A DNA stretch of 64,000 bases from positions 3,706 through 67,705 of the forward strand of contig NZ_JBILBO010000008.1 of the NCBI RefSeq assembly GCF_044353605.1, given 5' to 3'. The notes below the pieces were generated by a model. It did not search any database and was not told the origin of the DNA. It was given only the letters and a program-made list of their open reading frames with translations. The DNA comes from Arenimonas sp. Lineage in GTDB: Bacteria; Pseudomonadota; Gammaproteobacteria; Xanthomonadales; Xanthomonadaceae. Below, one piece after another: positions 49,549 through 60,189 of the stretch (its first letter is position 1; the number at the start of each line of letters is the position of its first letter). The position numbers and the translations under genes are program-made.

Positions 49549-50145
49549 TCAGTCCGAGTAGCCCCAGGGTGTCGGCGGCGGTGCTACCGGCTTGCTTAAA
49601 TCAAAATCCACCCGGAACTCACGGCCTTCGCGGGTCAGCCGGTAGGTGAATTTTTCCGGGTACACATACATCTGCCACGTATTGCCGTTGGATTGCGGAT
49701 TACCAGCGGCAGTAAACAACTCCTTTGAATACTGGTCTGCCGGAAACGACTGTACCGTGGCCCAGCCGGCATCAAGCGTATGCCCGCCGTACATCGTTGA
49801 TTGATCACTGCTGCCATCTTCGTGGCGGTGGTCGTGTTTGAGTTGCAGTCCAGAGCCGGTTTTGCTGAGCAGCCAAGTCCGCGATCGGTCTTCGCCGACA
49901 TGGAACGGAATCTGAAGCTGGGTATCGGTGCACTTCCGGACATGCATGACCAGACGACCTTCAAAACCCGGCGAGGCCGGATTGTCGATACTGACTTTGC
50001 CTTCGAAGGCTTTTCCGCAGTGGCGACGGATGGCATTGAAAAACGCGTCATGGGTTGGAATCGATACAGGGACCGTCGTGGGTAACGGGCCCGCCAAAGC
50101 GGATGCAGGCATGAGCAGGGCAAGCAGGGCGGCGAGACGGTACAT
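49549..50145 (-). CDS. Conserved secreted hypothetical protein
   Basis: Signal peptide (ASALA), KHDHRHEDG motif. Confidence 0.75.
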   Translation of the reverse strand: MYRLAALLALLMPASALAGPLPTTVPVSIPTHDAFFNAIRRHCGKAFEGKVSIDNPASPGFEGRLVMHVRKCTDTQLQIPFHVGEDRSRTWLLSKTGSGLQLKHDHRHEDGSSDQSTMYGGHTLDAGWATVQSFPADQYSKELFTAAGNPQSNGNTWQMYVYPEKFTYRLTREGREFRVDFDLSKPVAPPPTPWGYSD

Positions 50146-50187
50146 GGTGGACCTCTAGAATAGTGATGATGATTATGATAACCGGTA

Positions 50188-52125
50188 TCAGACTCCGGAT
50201 TCCAACGGTCTGATGATTTTTCCGGAGTGGTGTTTGATATCCGCAATCAGCAGTGACGTTTCATCCGGGTTCAGGGATATTTTAGCGTAACGCCATTGGG
50301 TGTAGCGCCTTGCGATCGCTTTCAGCTCGGTGTCGTCAACCCGCGCCGCGAAATCTGCAGCGGTTTCATGCGTAGCCTTAATGTGGCCATGCTTTTGCAG
50401 TCTCCTTAACAATTTGTGCCAGGCTGCTTCCACCGGGTGTTCCTTGAAACGCGCCTGCTTTGACAAACTGAATACCGTAAACGAAATCAGCCCGGCCAGG
50501 GCCAGCAACACCAGTAGCATCTGCCAGCGATCGGCGCGGGCAAAGCCCATGTTCTTGAACAGTGCCATCTGACGTGCGGCATTGAAGCCGATGACCCAGT
50601 CATTCCAGCGCGAACGCATGAAATCTCCGTAGTCGAATAGGGGCGAGAATGTGCCGCCACCACCGGCATATTGTTCCTGTCCGGCACTTCCTGCCAGCGT
50701 ATCCAGAATGTTTTCGGGCGCGACGGCAGCCGTTGGATCAATCCTGACCCAGCCTTCACCGTCGAGCCAGACTTCGGTCCAGGCATGTGCATCCTTGATG
50801 TATAAAACCCAGTAACCGCCGTAGGGGTTACGGTAACCTCCGGCATAACCGGTGACCACCCGTGCCGGAATGCCAGCGGCGCGCATGAGCAACGCGAAAG
50901 ATGAGCTGAAATGCTGGCAGAAACCCTTGCGGTCTTCGAATAGAAAACGATCCACGGCATCAAAGCGCGGCGGGTCGGTGGCCAGCGTATAACTGAAATC
51001 ACTGCGGATCCATTGCAGCACTCGGGCAATGTAATCGCGATCGCTTCCGGTCTGCGTCCGCCACTGCAGCGCCAGTGCCTGTGTGCGTTTGTTGAATGCC
51101 GTCGGAAAGCCCAAAGCCCGCCGCCGTTCGGCATCGCCCAATTGCCATGTGGCATCCGCTTGCGTCCATGCGGTCGCCGAGTATTGGGTCATCTTCTGGA
51201 TGGGTGTACTGGAATACAGACTTGAGTCGGCACTGAGCGAGTAGGGTTCCGGTGCCTGACGCGGCCAATCCAGGACCGGTAGATACTTCTTTTCCGTCGG
51301 TTCAAGACTGACCCGATAACTGATGTTCGCGTCAGCACCTCCATCCCGTATCGGGGGCGCTCGACCGGGAACGGGCTGGCTGTCCTGTGGATTGCGCCGC
51401 CACTCCATGCCATCGAAATCCCAAAGCACCGGTCCGCGCCAATAGCGCTGCTCCGGGGCCGGAACGGGTCCGGTAAAGTCGACACGGAAGGCTATGCGGT
51501 CATCGGCGAGGATATCCAACCATTGACCGGGCTTCATGCTGTCTCCCAGGCCCGTGCCCTGCTCGGACAGTCCCGGCAGTCCCCATAAGGGGGTTCCGAT
51601 GCGTGGAAACAGCCAGAACAGTGCAACCGCCATCGGCACGGCCATGACCAATGCACGTAACAGTGCTTTAAACGAGGACCAATGCCACTTCTCCGGCAGG
51701 AGCAACGCTCCTGTACTGCTGATCTTAAGCAAGAATAACCAGAACAGCACGCTGATCAGTGAAAATGCCAGCGTCATGGGAGTTTGTACGCTCAATAATG
51801 CCGCGAACGGCAGGAACAAAGCAAAGCCGAGCAGGGCGCGCAGGTCCCGCATGCTTGTTGTTTCAAGACACTTCAGGGCCATCATCAAGGCCAGCATGGC
51901 AGCAGCGGTATCACGTCCGAAACTTCCATGGTATGCAAACAGCAAAAGCAGGAGTGTCGCGCCCAAGACCCCGAGGATCAGAAGCAGATGCGGTTTAGGC
52001 AGGAAATAGGCGGCGGCTAAAACCGCCACAAGCAGCACGATGAGGATTGCAGGCAGCTGGGGCATCAGTGGCAGCACGGCCAAGAGCGTGCAGAGTGCGC
52101 CTGATTTGCGGAGAACCTTAGACAT
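50188..52125 (-). CDS. DUF3488 + transglutaminase-like membrane protein
   Basis: Multiple TM helices, GFCQHF, HAWTEV, VRIDPT. Confidence 0.9.
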   Translation of the reverse strand: MSKVLRKSGALCTLLAVLPLMPQLPAILIVLLVAVLAAAYFLPKPHLLLILGVLGATLLLLLFAYHGSFGRDTAAAMLALMMALKCLETTSMRDLRALLGFALFLPFAALLSVQTPMTLAFSLISVLFWLFLLKISSTGALLLPEKWHWSSFKALLRALVMAVPMAVALFWLFPRIGTPLWGLPGLSEQGTGLGDSMKPGQWLDILADDRIAFRVDFTGPVPAPEQRYWRGPVLWDFDGMEWRRNPQDSQPVPGRAPPIRDGGADANISYRVSLEPTEKKYLPVLDWPRQAPEPYSLSADSSLYSSTPIQKMTQYSATAWTQADATWQLGDAERRRALGFPTAFNKRTQALALQWRTQTGSDRDYIARVLQWIRSDFSYTLATDPPRFDAVDRFLFEDRKGFCQHFSSSFALLMRAAGIPARVVTGYAGGYRNPYGGYWVLYIKDAHAWTEVWLDGEGWVRIDPTAAVAPENILDTLAGSAGQEQYAGGGGTFSPLFDYGDFMRSRWNDWVIGFNAARQMALFKNMGFARADRWQMLLVLLALAGLISFTVFSLSKQARFKEHPVEAAWHKLLRRLQKHGHIKATHETAADFAARVDDTELKAIARRYTQWRYAKISLNPDETSLLIADIKHHSGKIIRPLESGV

Positions 52126-53083
52126 GAGGGAGCAGGGCTAAGGCTTCCAGGCAGCGATGCTGGTGTTCGGCCCCGGAGCCCGATGCCAAACGCACTCCCG
52201 GAATGCTGAGGGCGTAACGGCGCTGTCTTTGTTCGGCCTGCAACACCCACAGGCAGAGTTGTGAGATGCGGGCTTCGTAGTCCAGATGGCCAAGCCGATG
52301 CCAGTCCAAGAGCAATTCGTCGGCATTGCCGTGCTCGTATTCGCGGACTTGCAGATTTCCGGCGCGCGCACTGGCTTTCCAGGCAATCTGTTTACGGGAA
52401 TCACCGCTGCGGTATTCACGCAGGTGATGCGGCTGCTCGGTCTGCTGCCGGCTTTGCCGCCCGCTACCCATATCAGCGGTAGCGAAATAGGCGTTCAAGT
52501 CCCGACCCTGCGGAATCGGATAAACCATGACATCTTCCTGTAGGTTCAGCGTGCACCAGGCGCGTGCAAGGCCGAGTGGGTGCAGGGTTGCAATACGGAT
52601 ACGGTCAATCAGAAGGTAACCGCGTTTTTCCGTCGGAATCGATATCGTTGCTCCGAGCGGTTCTGCACCGAGCATGAAGCCGGTTTCGCACGGTCCATGC
52701 GAAATCACGTAGTGGCGTGTTTGGATTGCGCGCTGTGAAACCAGGACGGTCAGGCTGAGCATCTGGCCAGCGAACACCGGCTGTGGTGTTTGAGAGCGCA
52801 GCTGGAGCCCCAGTAGTGCCAGATGCCCGCCGATCAGGGCGTTGTTGCACAGGCTGATGACCAGAAATCCCAGCAATAGAGCGGCGTTGTTGTTGTAGTT
52901 CAGGCTACCCAGATTCAGCACAGCCAGCGCGATGCCGATGAAAAGACCGAAACGTGTCGGCAAGACGTAGATACGGCGGTTACCGATGACCAGTGGTTGC
53001 GCATCGCGTGGCCCGGCACGCCAAAGCGGAAACCGTCTCAGCCATGCAGCCAGACCTTCGTTGCTGACCGCAGCGCCGACCAT
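52118..53083 (-). CDS. DUF58-family protein
   Basis: YVLPT, LREYRSGD, IAWKASAR. Confidence 0.88.
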   Translation of the reverse strand: MVGAAVSNEGLAAWLRRFPLWRAGPRDAQPLVIGNRRIYVLPTRFGLFIGIALAVLNLGSLNYNNNAALLLGFLVISLCNNALIGGHLALLGLQLRSQTPQPVFAGQMLSLTVLVSQRAIQTRHYVISHGPCETGFMLGAEPLGATISIPTEKRGYLLIDRIRIATLHPLGLARAWCTLNLQEDVMVYPIPQGRDLNAYFATADMGSGRQSRQQTEQPHHLREYRSGDSRKQIAWKASARAGNLQVREYEHGNADELLLDWHRLGHLDYEARISQLCLWVLQAEQRQRRYALSIPGVRLASGSGAEHQHRCLEALALLPHV

Positions 53084-53084
53084 G

Positions 53085-54023
53085 TCAGTCGACGGCAACG
53101 CTGGTAAGCAGCGCTTCGGCCAATTCCCGGTTGTTTCCTTCCACGACTGGATGGATGCGGTGAGCGGCTGCTTCGATGAAAACGGCCTGAATGTCGTTGG
53201 CGCTCACGAAATCGCGTCCTTCGATGTAGGCGTGGGCTTTGCCAGCGGACAGCAGAGACATGCCGGCGCGCGGAGACAGTCCTACCCGGATGCCGGGAAA
53301 CTGCCGTGATTGTGCAATCAGCCGTTGCAGGTAATCAATCAGCGCTTCCGAGCAATGCAATGCCTGAACCTCCGTGCGCAGCTGCCGCAGTGACGCCGGA
53401 TCGGGAAATTCGGACTGAATCGCGTTGCTGCCTGCAACGCCATGTTTGAGCAAGGCGCGCTCCTGCTCCGCCGGAATGTAGCCCATACGGATCCGCAGGG
53501 TGAATCGGTCGAGCTGTGAGTCCGGGAGCGGGAATGTGCCGGACAGATCGGTCGGGTTCTGTGTGGCGATGACCAGAAACGGATCGGGCAACGGGTAGGT
53601 GCTGCCATCGACACTGACCTGGTGTTCGGCCATGGCTTCCAGCAGCGCACTTTGTGTCCGCGGCGGTGCCCGGTTGATTTCATCAGCCAGCAGAATGGCG
53701 GTAAATACTGCACCGGGATGAAATTCGAATCGGCGTTTTTCGGGATCGAATACCGAAACCCCGAGGATGTCGGAGGGCAGGAGGTCCGCGGTGAACTGGA
53801 TGCGTTTGAAGGCCAAGCCAAGTGCTGCGGCCAAGGTCCGGGCCAAGGTGGTTTTCCCGAGACCGGGAAGGTCTTCGATCAGCAGATGACCGCCGGCCAG
53901 AAAAGCGATGAATGCGGATTTGACCGCATGCGGATTACCCAGAATCTGACGATTACAGGTGGCCATGGCCACCTGGAGTTCAGCGCGGATTGGGTTTGCG
54001 GGGCCTTCGGCGGGCACGGACAT
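53085..54023 (-). CDS. MoxR-family AAA ATPase
   Basis: EDLPGLGKT, RIQFTADLLPSD, ADEINR, ATQNP. Confidence 0.95.
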   Translation of the reverse strand: MSVPAEGPANPIRAELQVAMATCNRQILGNPHAVKSAFIAFLAGGHLLIEDLPGLGKTTLARTLAAALGLAFKRIQFTADLLPSDILGVSVFDPEKRRFEFHPGAVFTAILLADEINRAPPRTQSALLEAMAEHQVSVDGSTYPLPDPFLVIATQNPTDLSGTFPLPDSQLDRFTLRIRMGYIPAEQERALLKHGVAGSNAIQSEFPDPASLRQLRTEVQALHCSEALIDYLQRLIAQSRQFPGIRVGLSPRAGMSLLSAGKAHAYIEGRDFVSANDIQAVFIEAAAHRIHPVVEGNNRELAEALLTSVAVD

Positions 54024-54194
54024 CGGCGATTCCGGTCAAATAAGCCATTCTAAACCGCCCCTGTGCAAAACAGGTCAATATTCAGATGTTATAATAAATT
54101 CATAGAGATAGATGCTCGGCTTGGCGTCTCGGACGCCTTTACGCGGTAGCAGCTCTCCCTTTGGGGTCCAGTGAAATCCCGGATGGCCCTTGAT

Positions 54195-54223
54195 TTGACT
54201 CAGGTCGATGAATCCATTAGAAT
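54195..54223 (+). promoter_or_regulatory. sigma70 promoter of the yceD-rpmF operon
   Basis: TTGACT-N17-TAGAAT, 9 nt before the ATG. Confidence 0.65.
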
Positions 54224-54232
54224 TTAGCACTT

Positions 54233-54745
54233 ATGTCTGTCACCTTGCCCCCGCAACTCGATGTTTGGCGCATGGTGGCCAACCAGCGTCGCTTCGAAGG
54301 AAGCCTGCCATTGGCGCATATGCCGCGCCTGGCCGGTGTTCTCGCAGATGCCGAAGGGGACTGCAGCTACGTGGTCGAGTTCTACCGCGATCCGTTGAAG
54401 TTGGATGTCATGCACATTCAATTGAATACGGTGTTTCATCTGATTTGCCAGCGCACACTCGAGCGCTTCGCACTTCCGGTGGCAATCGACCAGCGTCTCG
54501 GACTGATCAGCGATGAGGCGCAGGAAGCCTCGCTGCCTGAAGACATGGAGGCGGTATTGATTGAAGGGCATGGCGAAGTTTCGCCGGCTCAACTGATTGA
54601 AGACGAGCTTCTGCTCGCGGTGCCATTGGTGCCGGTCAATCCGGACGCTTCAGACCTGGATCCGAAATGGAGCGGGGACGAAGCGGTCGAGGAAGAAAAA
54701 AGCAGTCCATTCGCGGCCCTGAAAGCCTTGAAGGACAACACGTAA
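54233..54745 (+). CDS. yceD: YceD/DUF177 protein
   Basis: CQRTLE, IEDELLL, SPFAALK; upstream of rpmF. Confidence 0.93.
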   Translation: MSVTLPPQLDVWRMVANQRRFEGSLPLAHMPRLAGVLADAEGDCSYVVEFYRDPLKLDVMHIQLNTVFHLICQRTLERFALPVAIDQRLGLISDEAQEASLPEDMEAVLIEGHGEVSPAQLIEDELLLAVPLVPVNPDASDLDPKWSGDEAVEEEKSSPFAALKALKDNT

Positions 54746-54772
54746 TATCAGCATTTCGTTTGGAGTCTTACC

Positions 54773-54970
54773 ATGGCCGTTCAAAAATCCCGTCGTACCC
54801 CGTCCACCCGCGGCATGCGTCGTTCGCACGATGCGCTGTCCGCCAAGCAGCTTGCCACCGATCCGACCACCGGTGAAACCCATCTGCGTCACCACGTGAC
54901 CAAAGACGGTTTCTACCGCGGCCGTAAAGTGGTCGACGTCAAGTCGGCTGTCGAAGAAACCGAAGAATAA
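54773..54970 (+). CDS. rpmF: 50S ribosomal protein L32
   Basis: [22 protein letters not shown]. Confidence 0.97.
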   Translation: MAVQKSRRTPSTRGMRRSHDALSAKQLATDPTTGETHLRHHVTKDGFYRGRKVVDVKSAVEETEE

Positions 54971-55057
54971 GGCTTGCCCGGCTGTCGGGTATGCTCTAAG
55001 GTATTTAAGGCGAGCTTCGGCTCGCCTTAAGCTTTTCTGAAACAGGACAACGATTCC

Positions 55058-56032
55058 ATGGCCACATTTTCGCGCATCGCCGGTACCGGCAGCTATCTGC
55101 CCGAGCGGATCCTCACCAACGCCGATCTGGAAAAGATCGTCGACACCTGTGATGAGTGGATTGTCAGCCGCAGCGGCATCCGCGAGCGTCATGTCGCGGC
55201 CGAGGGTGAAACCACCAGTGACCTGGCCTACCACGCTTCTCTGAAGGCACTCGAAGCCGCCGGTCTGCGGGCCGATGAAATCGAGTTGATCATCGTCGGC
55301 ACCACCACGCCGGATCTCGTGTTTCCGTCCACCGCCTGCCTGCTCCAGGACAAACTCGGCATCGGCGGCTGCGGGGCGTTCGATGTCAATGCCGCCTGCT
55401 CCGGCTTCATCTTCGCGCTGAGCGTGGCCGATCAGTTCATCCGTGCCGGCACCGTCAAGAACGCCCTTGTGGTCGGTTCGGAAACCCTGACGCGCTTGGT
55501 GGACTGGAACGACCGCGCAACCTGCGTGCTGTTCGGCGATGGCGCGGGCGCCGTGGTGTTGAAAGCCGACACTGAAGCCGGCATTCTGTCGACCCACCTG
55601 CATTCGGATGGTGGCAAGAAAGAACTGCTGATTTGTCCGGTCGGTCCCTCCAAAGGTTTCGACATCGGCGCGCCCAATGCTGGCGTGAAAATCCACATGG
55701 CGGGCAGTGAAGTCTTCAAACATGCGGTCAAGGCGCTCGACTCCGTGGTCGACGAAACCCTGAACGCCAATGGCCTGAGCAAGGCCGATTTGGATTGGCT
55801 GATTCCGCACCAGGCCAATCTGCGCATCATCGAGGCCACCGCCAAGCGTCTCGATATGTCGATGGACCAGGTCATCGTGACCGTCGACAAGACCGGAAAT
55901 ACGTCAGCCGCCTCGGTGCCGCTGGCGCTGGATGAAGCGGTGCGCTCCGGAAAAATCCAGCGCGGCCAGTTAATGCTTCTGGAAGCCTTCGGCGGCGGCT
56001 TCACCTGGGGCTCGGCACTGATCCGCTACTGA
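55058..56032 (+). CDS. fabH: 3-oxoacyl-ACP synthase III
   Basis: NAACSGF, PHQAN, GNTSAAS, FGGG. Confidence 0.97.
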   Translation: MATFSRIAGTGSYLPERILTNADLEKIVDTCDEWIVSRSGIRERHVAAEGETTSDLAYHASLKALEAAGLRADEIELIIVGTTTPDLVFPSTACLLQDKLGIGGCGAFDVNAACSGFIFALSVADQFIRAGTVKNALVVGSETLTRLVDWNDRATCVLFGDGAGAVVLKADTEAGILSTHLHSDGGKKELLICPVGPSKGFDIGAPNAGVKIHMAGSEVFKHAVKALDSVVDETLNANGLSKADLDWLIPHQANLRIIEATAKRLDMSMDQVIVTVDKTGNTSAASVPLALDEAVRSGKIQRGQLMLLEAFGGGFTWGSALIRY

Positions 56033-56105
56033 TCCGACCGGACTTGTGAGTACGGTCGAATAACTGGTTTAATGGCGGCCAATCATCCACGGAGCGGCTG
56101 AACCC

Positions 56106-57050
56106 ATGATTTCGCAACTGGCATTCATTTTTCCTGGTCAGGGTTCGCAGTCGCCCGGCATGCTGGCCGAGTTGGCTACCGTGCATCCTGTCATTCTCGA
56201 AACCTTCGCCGAGGCTTCCGAGGGCGCTGGTGTCGATCTCTGGCAGATCAGTCAGGACAATCCCGAAGACCGACTGAACCAGACCGAATTCACCCAACCC
56301 GCACTGCTTGCCGCAAACATCGCGCTCTGGCGACTTTGGCAGATGCAGGGGCTGCCACAGCCGGCAATTCTTTCCGGCCATAGTCTGGGCGAATACGCGG
56401 CGCTGGTCGCCTCCGGCGCACTGTCCCTGAAAGACGGCGCACATCTGGTGCACCTGCGTGGCCAATTCATGCAGGCCGCCGTGCCGACCGGTACCGGGGC
56501 CATGGCGGCCGTACTTGGTGCCGAGGATGCCCAGGTTGAACAGATCTGCAGCGAAGCCAGCACAGCCGATTCCGTGGTGGTGCCGGCCAACTACAATTCC
56601 CCCGGACAAATCGTCATCGGCGGTCATGCCGATGCGGTGGACCGTGCCATTGCCGCACTGCAGACGGCGGGTATCCGTAAAACCGTCAAGCTCGCGGTCA
56701 GCGTGCCCTCGCATACTCCGCTGATGCACGAGGCCGCGTTGCAACTGCAGAACGCCATCGCTGCGGTCATCTGGCAGATGCCGGACCGTCCGGTCATTCA
56801 CAACGTCGATGCCGCACCGAAAACCGACATTGCCGCGATTCAACGCGCCCTCGTCGAGCAGCTTTACCTGCCGGTGCTATGGACCCGATGCACGCAGGTC
56901 TTGGTAACGGCCGGCGTCCGCCACACGGTGGAATGCGGTCCCGGAAAGGTGTTGTCTGGACTGATCAAACGCATCGACAAATCGGTTTCGACCTATAATC
57001 TGGCCAGCGCCGCCGAGTGGCAGGCTACGGCATCACAGACTTTCGAATAA
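56106..57050 (+). CDS. fabD: Malonyl-CoA:ACP transacylase
   Basis: FPGQGSQ, GHSLGE, SVPSH. Confidence 0.97.
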   Translation: MISQLAFIFPGQGSQSPGMLAELATVHPVILETFAEASEGAGVDLWQISQDNPEDRLNQTEFTQPALLAANIALWRLWQMQGLPQPAILSGHSLGEYAALVASGALSLKDGAHLVHLRGQFMQAAVPTGTGAMAAVLGAEDAQVEQICSEASTADSVVVPANYNSPGQIVIGGHADAVDRAIAALQTAGIRKTVKLAVSVPSHTPLMHEAALQLQNAIAAVIWQMPDRPVIHNVDAAPKTDIAAIQRALVEQLYLPVLWTRCTQVLVTAGVRHTVECGPGKVLSGLIKRIDKSVSTYNLASAAEWQATASQTFE

Positions 57051-57059
57051 GGACACGCA

Positions 57060-57803
57060 ATGACCCATGATCTCAGCGGTGAAGTGGTTCTGGTCACCGG
57101 CGCCAGCCGGGGCATCGGTGCGGCGATTGCCGACCTGCTTGCCGCGCGCGGTGCCAAAGTGGTTGGCACGGCCACGACTGAAGCCGGAGCACAGGCCATC
57201 ACGGCCCGTATGACTGCCCTTGGCGGTCTCGGTAAAGTGCTCGATGTCACCGACAGCGCCGCGGTCGAGACCGTCATCGAGGACATTGGCAAGAGCATCG
57301 GCCCGATCAGCGTATTGGTCAACAATGCCGGCATTACCCGTGATCAGATTCTGATGCGCATGAAGGACGAGGATTGGAACATCATTCTCGACACGAATCT
57401 GAGTTCGGTCTACCGCACCAGTAAGGCGGTCATGCGCGGCATGATGAAAGCGCGCAAGGGCCGCATCATCAACATCGCTTCGGTCATTGGTTTGACCGGC
57501 AACGCCGGCCAGGCCAACTATGCCGCCGCCAAGGCCGGAATCATTGCTTTTTCGAAGTCCCTGGCCAAGGAAATCGGCTCCCGTGGCATTACCGTCAACG
57601 TGGTGGCGCCGGGATTCATTCAGACCGACATGACCGACACGCTGCCAGAAGAAGCCAAACAGGCCTTAATGGGGCAGATTGCCTTGGGCAGGCTGGGTAA
57701 CCCGTCTGATATCGCCGAGGCGGTGGCATTTCTGGCAGGTCCGGCGGCAGCCTATATCACCGGCGAAACCCTGAATGTGAATGGCGGTATGTACATGCCA
57801 TGA
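57060..57803 (+). CDS. fabG: 3-oxoacyl-ACP reductase
   Basis: TGASRGIG, NNAG, YAAAK. Confidence 0.97.
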   Translation: MTHDLSGEVVLVTGASRGIGAAIADLLAARGAKVVGTATTEAGAQAITARMTALGGLGKVLDVTDSAAVETVIEDIGKSIGPISVLVNNAGITRDQILMRMKDEDWNIILDTNLSSVYRTSKAVMRGMMKARKGRIINIASVIGLTGNAGQANYAAAKAGIIAFSKSLAKEIGSRGITVNVVAPGFIQTDMTDTLPEEAKQALMGQIALGRLGNPSDIAEAVAFLAGPAAAYITGETLNVNGGMYMP

Positions 57804-57920
57804 CCATTCCGGTCAAAGTTTGATAAAATACTCTAAATCCTGTCCGGCGTGGTTTGGGCCAAGCGCCGGCGGCATGATTCCACAGCCCAAAATCGTTACT
57901 CCTCGGGAGGAGACAGTTTC

Positions 57921-58160
57921 ATGAGCACTATTGAAGAACGCGTTAAGAAAATTGTGGTTGAGCAGCTGGGCGTGAAGGAAGATGAAGCCACCGCCAACGC
58001 CTCGTTCGTGGATGATCTTGGCGCCGACTCGCTCGATACCGTCGAACTGGTGATGGCACTCGAAGAAGAGTTCGAATGCGAAATTCCGGACGAGGAAGCT
58101 GAAAAAATCACCTCGATCCAGCAAGCCATCGATTACATCAAAGCCCACGTCAAGGCTTAA
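57921..58160 (+). CDS. acpP: Acyl carrier protein
   Basis: [11 protein letters not shown]. Confidence 0.98.
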   Translation: MSTIEERVKKIVVEQLGVKEDEATANASFVDDLGADSLDTVELVMALEEEFECEIPDEEAEKITSIQQAIDYIKAHVKA

Positions 58161-58180
58161 TTGCCGGGATAGGGACTGCC

Positions 58181-58207
58181 ACAGGGCCGCTTGATGCGGC
58201 CCTGTTT
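58181..58207 (+). terminator. Terminator after acpP
   Basis: ACAGGGCCGC-TTGAT-GCGGCCCTGT followed by TT. Confidence 0.7.
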
Positions 58208-58221
58208 GCTTCCAGTCGATT

Positions 58222-58899
58222 GTGCCTATTTGCCGGCTCATTGTTTTAACTCTGCTCAGCGGGCTCTGGTTATGGGCAGGCTCGGTTTATTCACCCTGGG
58301 CTGAAGATCTCGATCCACGGCTTTGGCTTTACGATTTCCTGTTCTATTCCGGATACATTCTGCTGTTCTGGGTATTGCTGGAGACGGGGCTGTGGTTGCG
58401 GCGCTATCGGGACGGCATGGCCTCTTTACGCGCACAGTTTACCGGGGCCTTTTTGCTCGTGGTTTCGGGGTTTGTTGTTAACTTGCCCGGTTGGATTGCG
58501 GACACCGAGATCGGCTGGCGCTGGCACGTTCGCATGAGCATCGAGGCTTTAGCGCCGTATGCGGTTCCCGCGCATGCCGATGTAAGGCACCGGGTCGGCA
58601 TGCTTCTGGTCGATACCCAGCGCGAACCCTGTCCCGGCCAATCTTGGCTCTGGTTGGGACGGCCGTTCGGCGGTGGTACCGGCATCAATCTGGCCTTGGT
58701 GCACGGCAGCAGGAATACGGTTCCGAAATCACCGCAAACAGAGGCTTTCCGCTTTCTCCACATGCATGAAAACTGGTGGCTGGCATACCAGAATCCGGAT
58801 TCGTATTCTGTCGAAACGGACGGTACAATAGTCTGCGTTGAAGGCCGGAGCGTGGCATCCCACGCGCAGGGGCTTCGTTTTATCGATTCACTTCATTGA
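58222..58899 (+). CDS. Hypothetical membrane protein
   Basis: Three hydrophobic segments; fills the acpP-fabF gap. Start uncertain. Confidence 0.6.
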   Translation: MPICRLIVLTLLSGLWLWAGSVYSPWAEDLDPRLWLYDFLFYSGYILLFWVLLETGLWLRRYRDGMASLRAQFTGAFLLVVSGFVVNLPGWIADTEIGWRWHVRMSIEALAPYAVPAHADVRHRVGMLLVDTQREPCPGQSWLWLGRPFGGGTGINLALVHGSRNTVPKSPQTEAFRFLHMHENWWLAYQNPDSYSVETDGTIVCVEGRSVASHAQGLRFIDSLH

Positions 58900-58945
58900 G
58901 GGCGGCACGGCCGCCCCGAGCTGTCAAAATTCCGGAGTCTCGCTT

Positions 58946-60181
58946 ATGAAACGTCGTGTTGTAGTTACTGGTATGGGCATCCTGTCGCCGCTGGGCAACG
59001 ATCTGGCCAGCAACTGGGATGCCGTCATGAATGGCCGTTCCGGCATTGGCAACATCACCCATTTCGATGCCAGCGCCATGGCGACCCACATCGCCGGTGA
59101 GGTCAAGGATTTCGATCCGAAAGCCTGGTTTCCACCCAAAGACGTCAAGAAGATGGACATCTTCATCCATTACGGTCTGGCCGCATCGTTCATGGCCATG
59201 CAGGATGCCGGTCTGGAAATCACCGAGGCCAATGCCGAGCGTGCCGGCGTGCTGGTCGGGTCCGGCATCGGCGGCATCCGCGGCATCGAAGAGACCGCGG
59301 TCGATCTGTACCTGGGCGGCCCGCGCAAGGTCTCGCCGTTTTACGTGCCGAGCACCATCATCAATATGATCTCCGGCCAGTTGTGCATCATGAAAGGCTT
59401 CAAGGGTCCTAACTTCTCGGCGGTTTCGGCCTGTGCGTCCTCCAACCATTCCATCGGCATGGCCATGCGCATGATCCAGTACGGCGATGCCGACATCATG
59501 GTGGCCGGTGGCGCCGAACATGGCTGTACACCGACCGCTGTTGCCGGCTTCTGCGCCATGAAGGCGCTGTCGACCCGCAATGACGAACCCGCACGCGCCA
59601 GCCGTCCGTGGGACCGCGACCGCGACGGTTTCGTGCTTGGCGACGGCGCCGGCATTCTGGTGCTGGAGGAATACGAACACGCCAAAGCCCGCGGTGCCCG
59701 CATCTATTGCGAACTGGCCGGCTTCGGCGCCAGTTCCGATGCCTATCACATGACCGCCCCGAGCGATACCGGCGATGGCCCGTCGCGTTGCATGGTGATG
59801 GCGATGAAAGATGCCGGTGTCAATGCCGACCAGATCGATTACCTCAATGCACACGGTACCTCCACGCCCTTGGGCGATCTGGCCGAAACCAATGCCATGA
59901 AACTGGCGCTGGGCGATCACGCCTATAAAACCCTGGTCAGCTCGACCAAGTCGATGACCGGCCATCTGCTCGGCGCTGCCGGCGGCGTTGAGGCCGTGCT
60001 GTCGATTCTTGCCATGCAGCATGGCATCGTGCCACCGACCATCAATCTGGAGAACGCCGGCGAGGGTTGCGATCTGGATTACGTACCGAATGTACCGCGC
60101 GAGAAAAAACTCGACGTGGTGATGTCGAACGGATTCGGTTTCGGGGGCACCAACGGCACTTTGGTGTTCTGCAAGCTCTGA
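58946..60181 (+). CDS. fabF: 3-oxoacyl-ACP synthase II
   Basis: VSACAS, NAHGTST, SMTGH, FGFGG. Confidence 0.97.
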   Translation: MKRRVVVTGMGILSPLGNDLASNWDAVMNGRSGIGNITHFDASAMATHIAGEVKDFDPKAWFPPKDVKKMDIFIHYGLAASFMAMQDAGLEITEANAERAGVLVGSGIGGIRGIEETAVDLYLGGPRKVSPFYVPSTIINMISGQLCIMKGFKGPNFSAVSACASSNHSIGMAMRMIQYGDADIMVAGGAEHGCTPTAVAGFCAMKALSTRNDEPARASRPWDRDRDGFVLGDGAGILVLEEYEHAKARGARIYCELAGFGASSDAYHMTAPSDTGDGPSRCMVMAMKDAGVNADQIDYLNAHGTSTPLGDLAETNAMKLALGDHAYKTLVSSTKSMTGHLLGAAGGVEAVLSILAMQHGIVPPTINLENAGEGCDLDYVPNVPREKKLDVVMSNGFGFGGTNGTLVFCKL

Positions 60182-60189
60182 GGGCCTTC

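Noticed and set aside
54971-55057. Absence of plsX between rpmF and fabH
   Set aside because: Consistent with the usual Xanthomonadales arrangement; no remnant visible.
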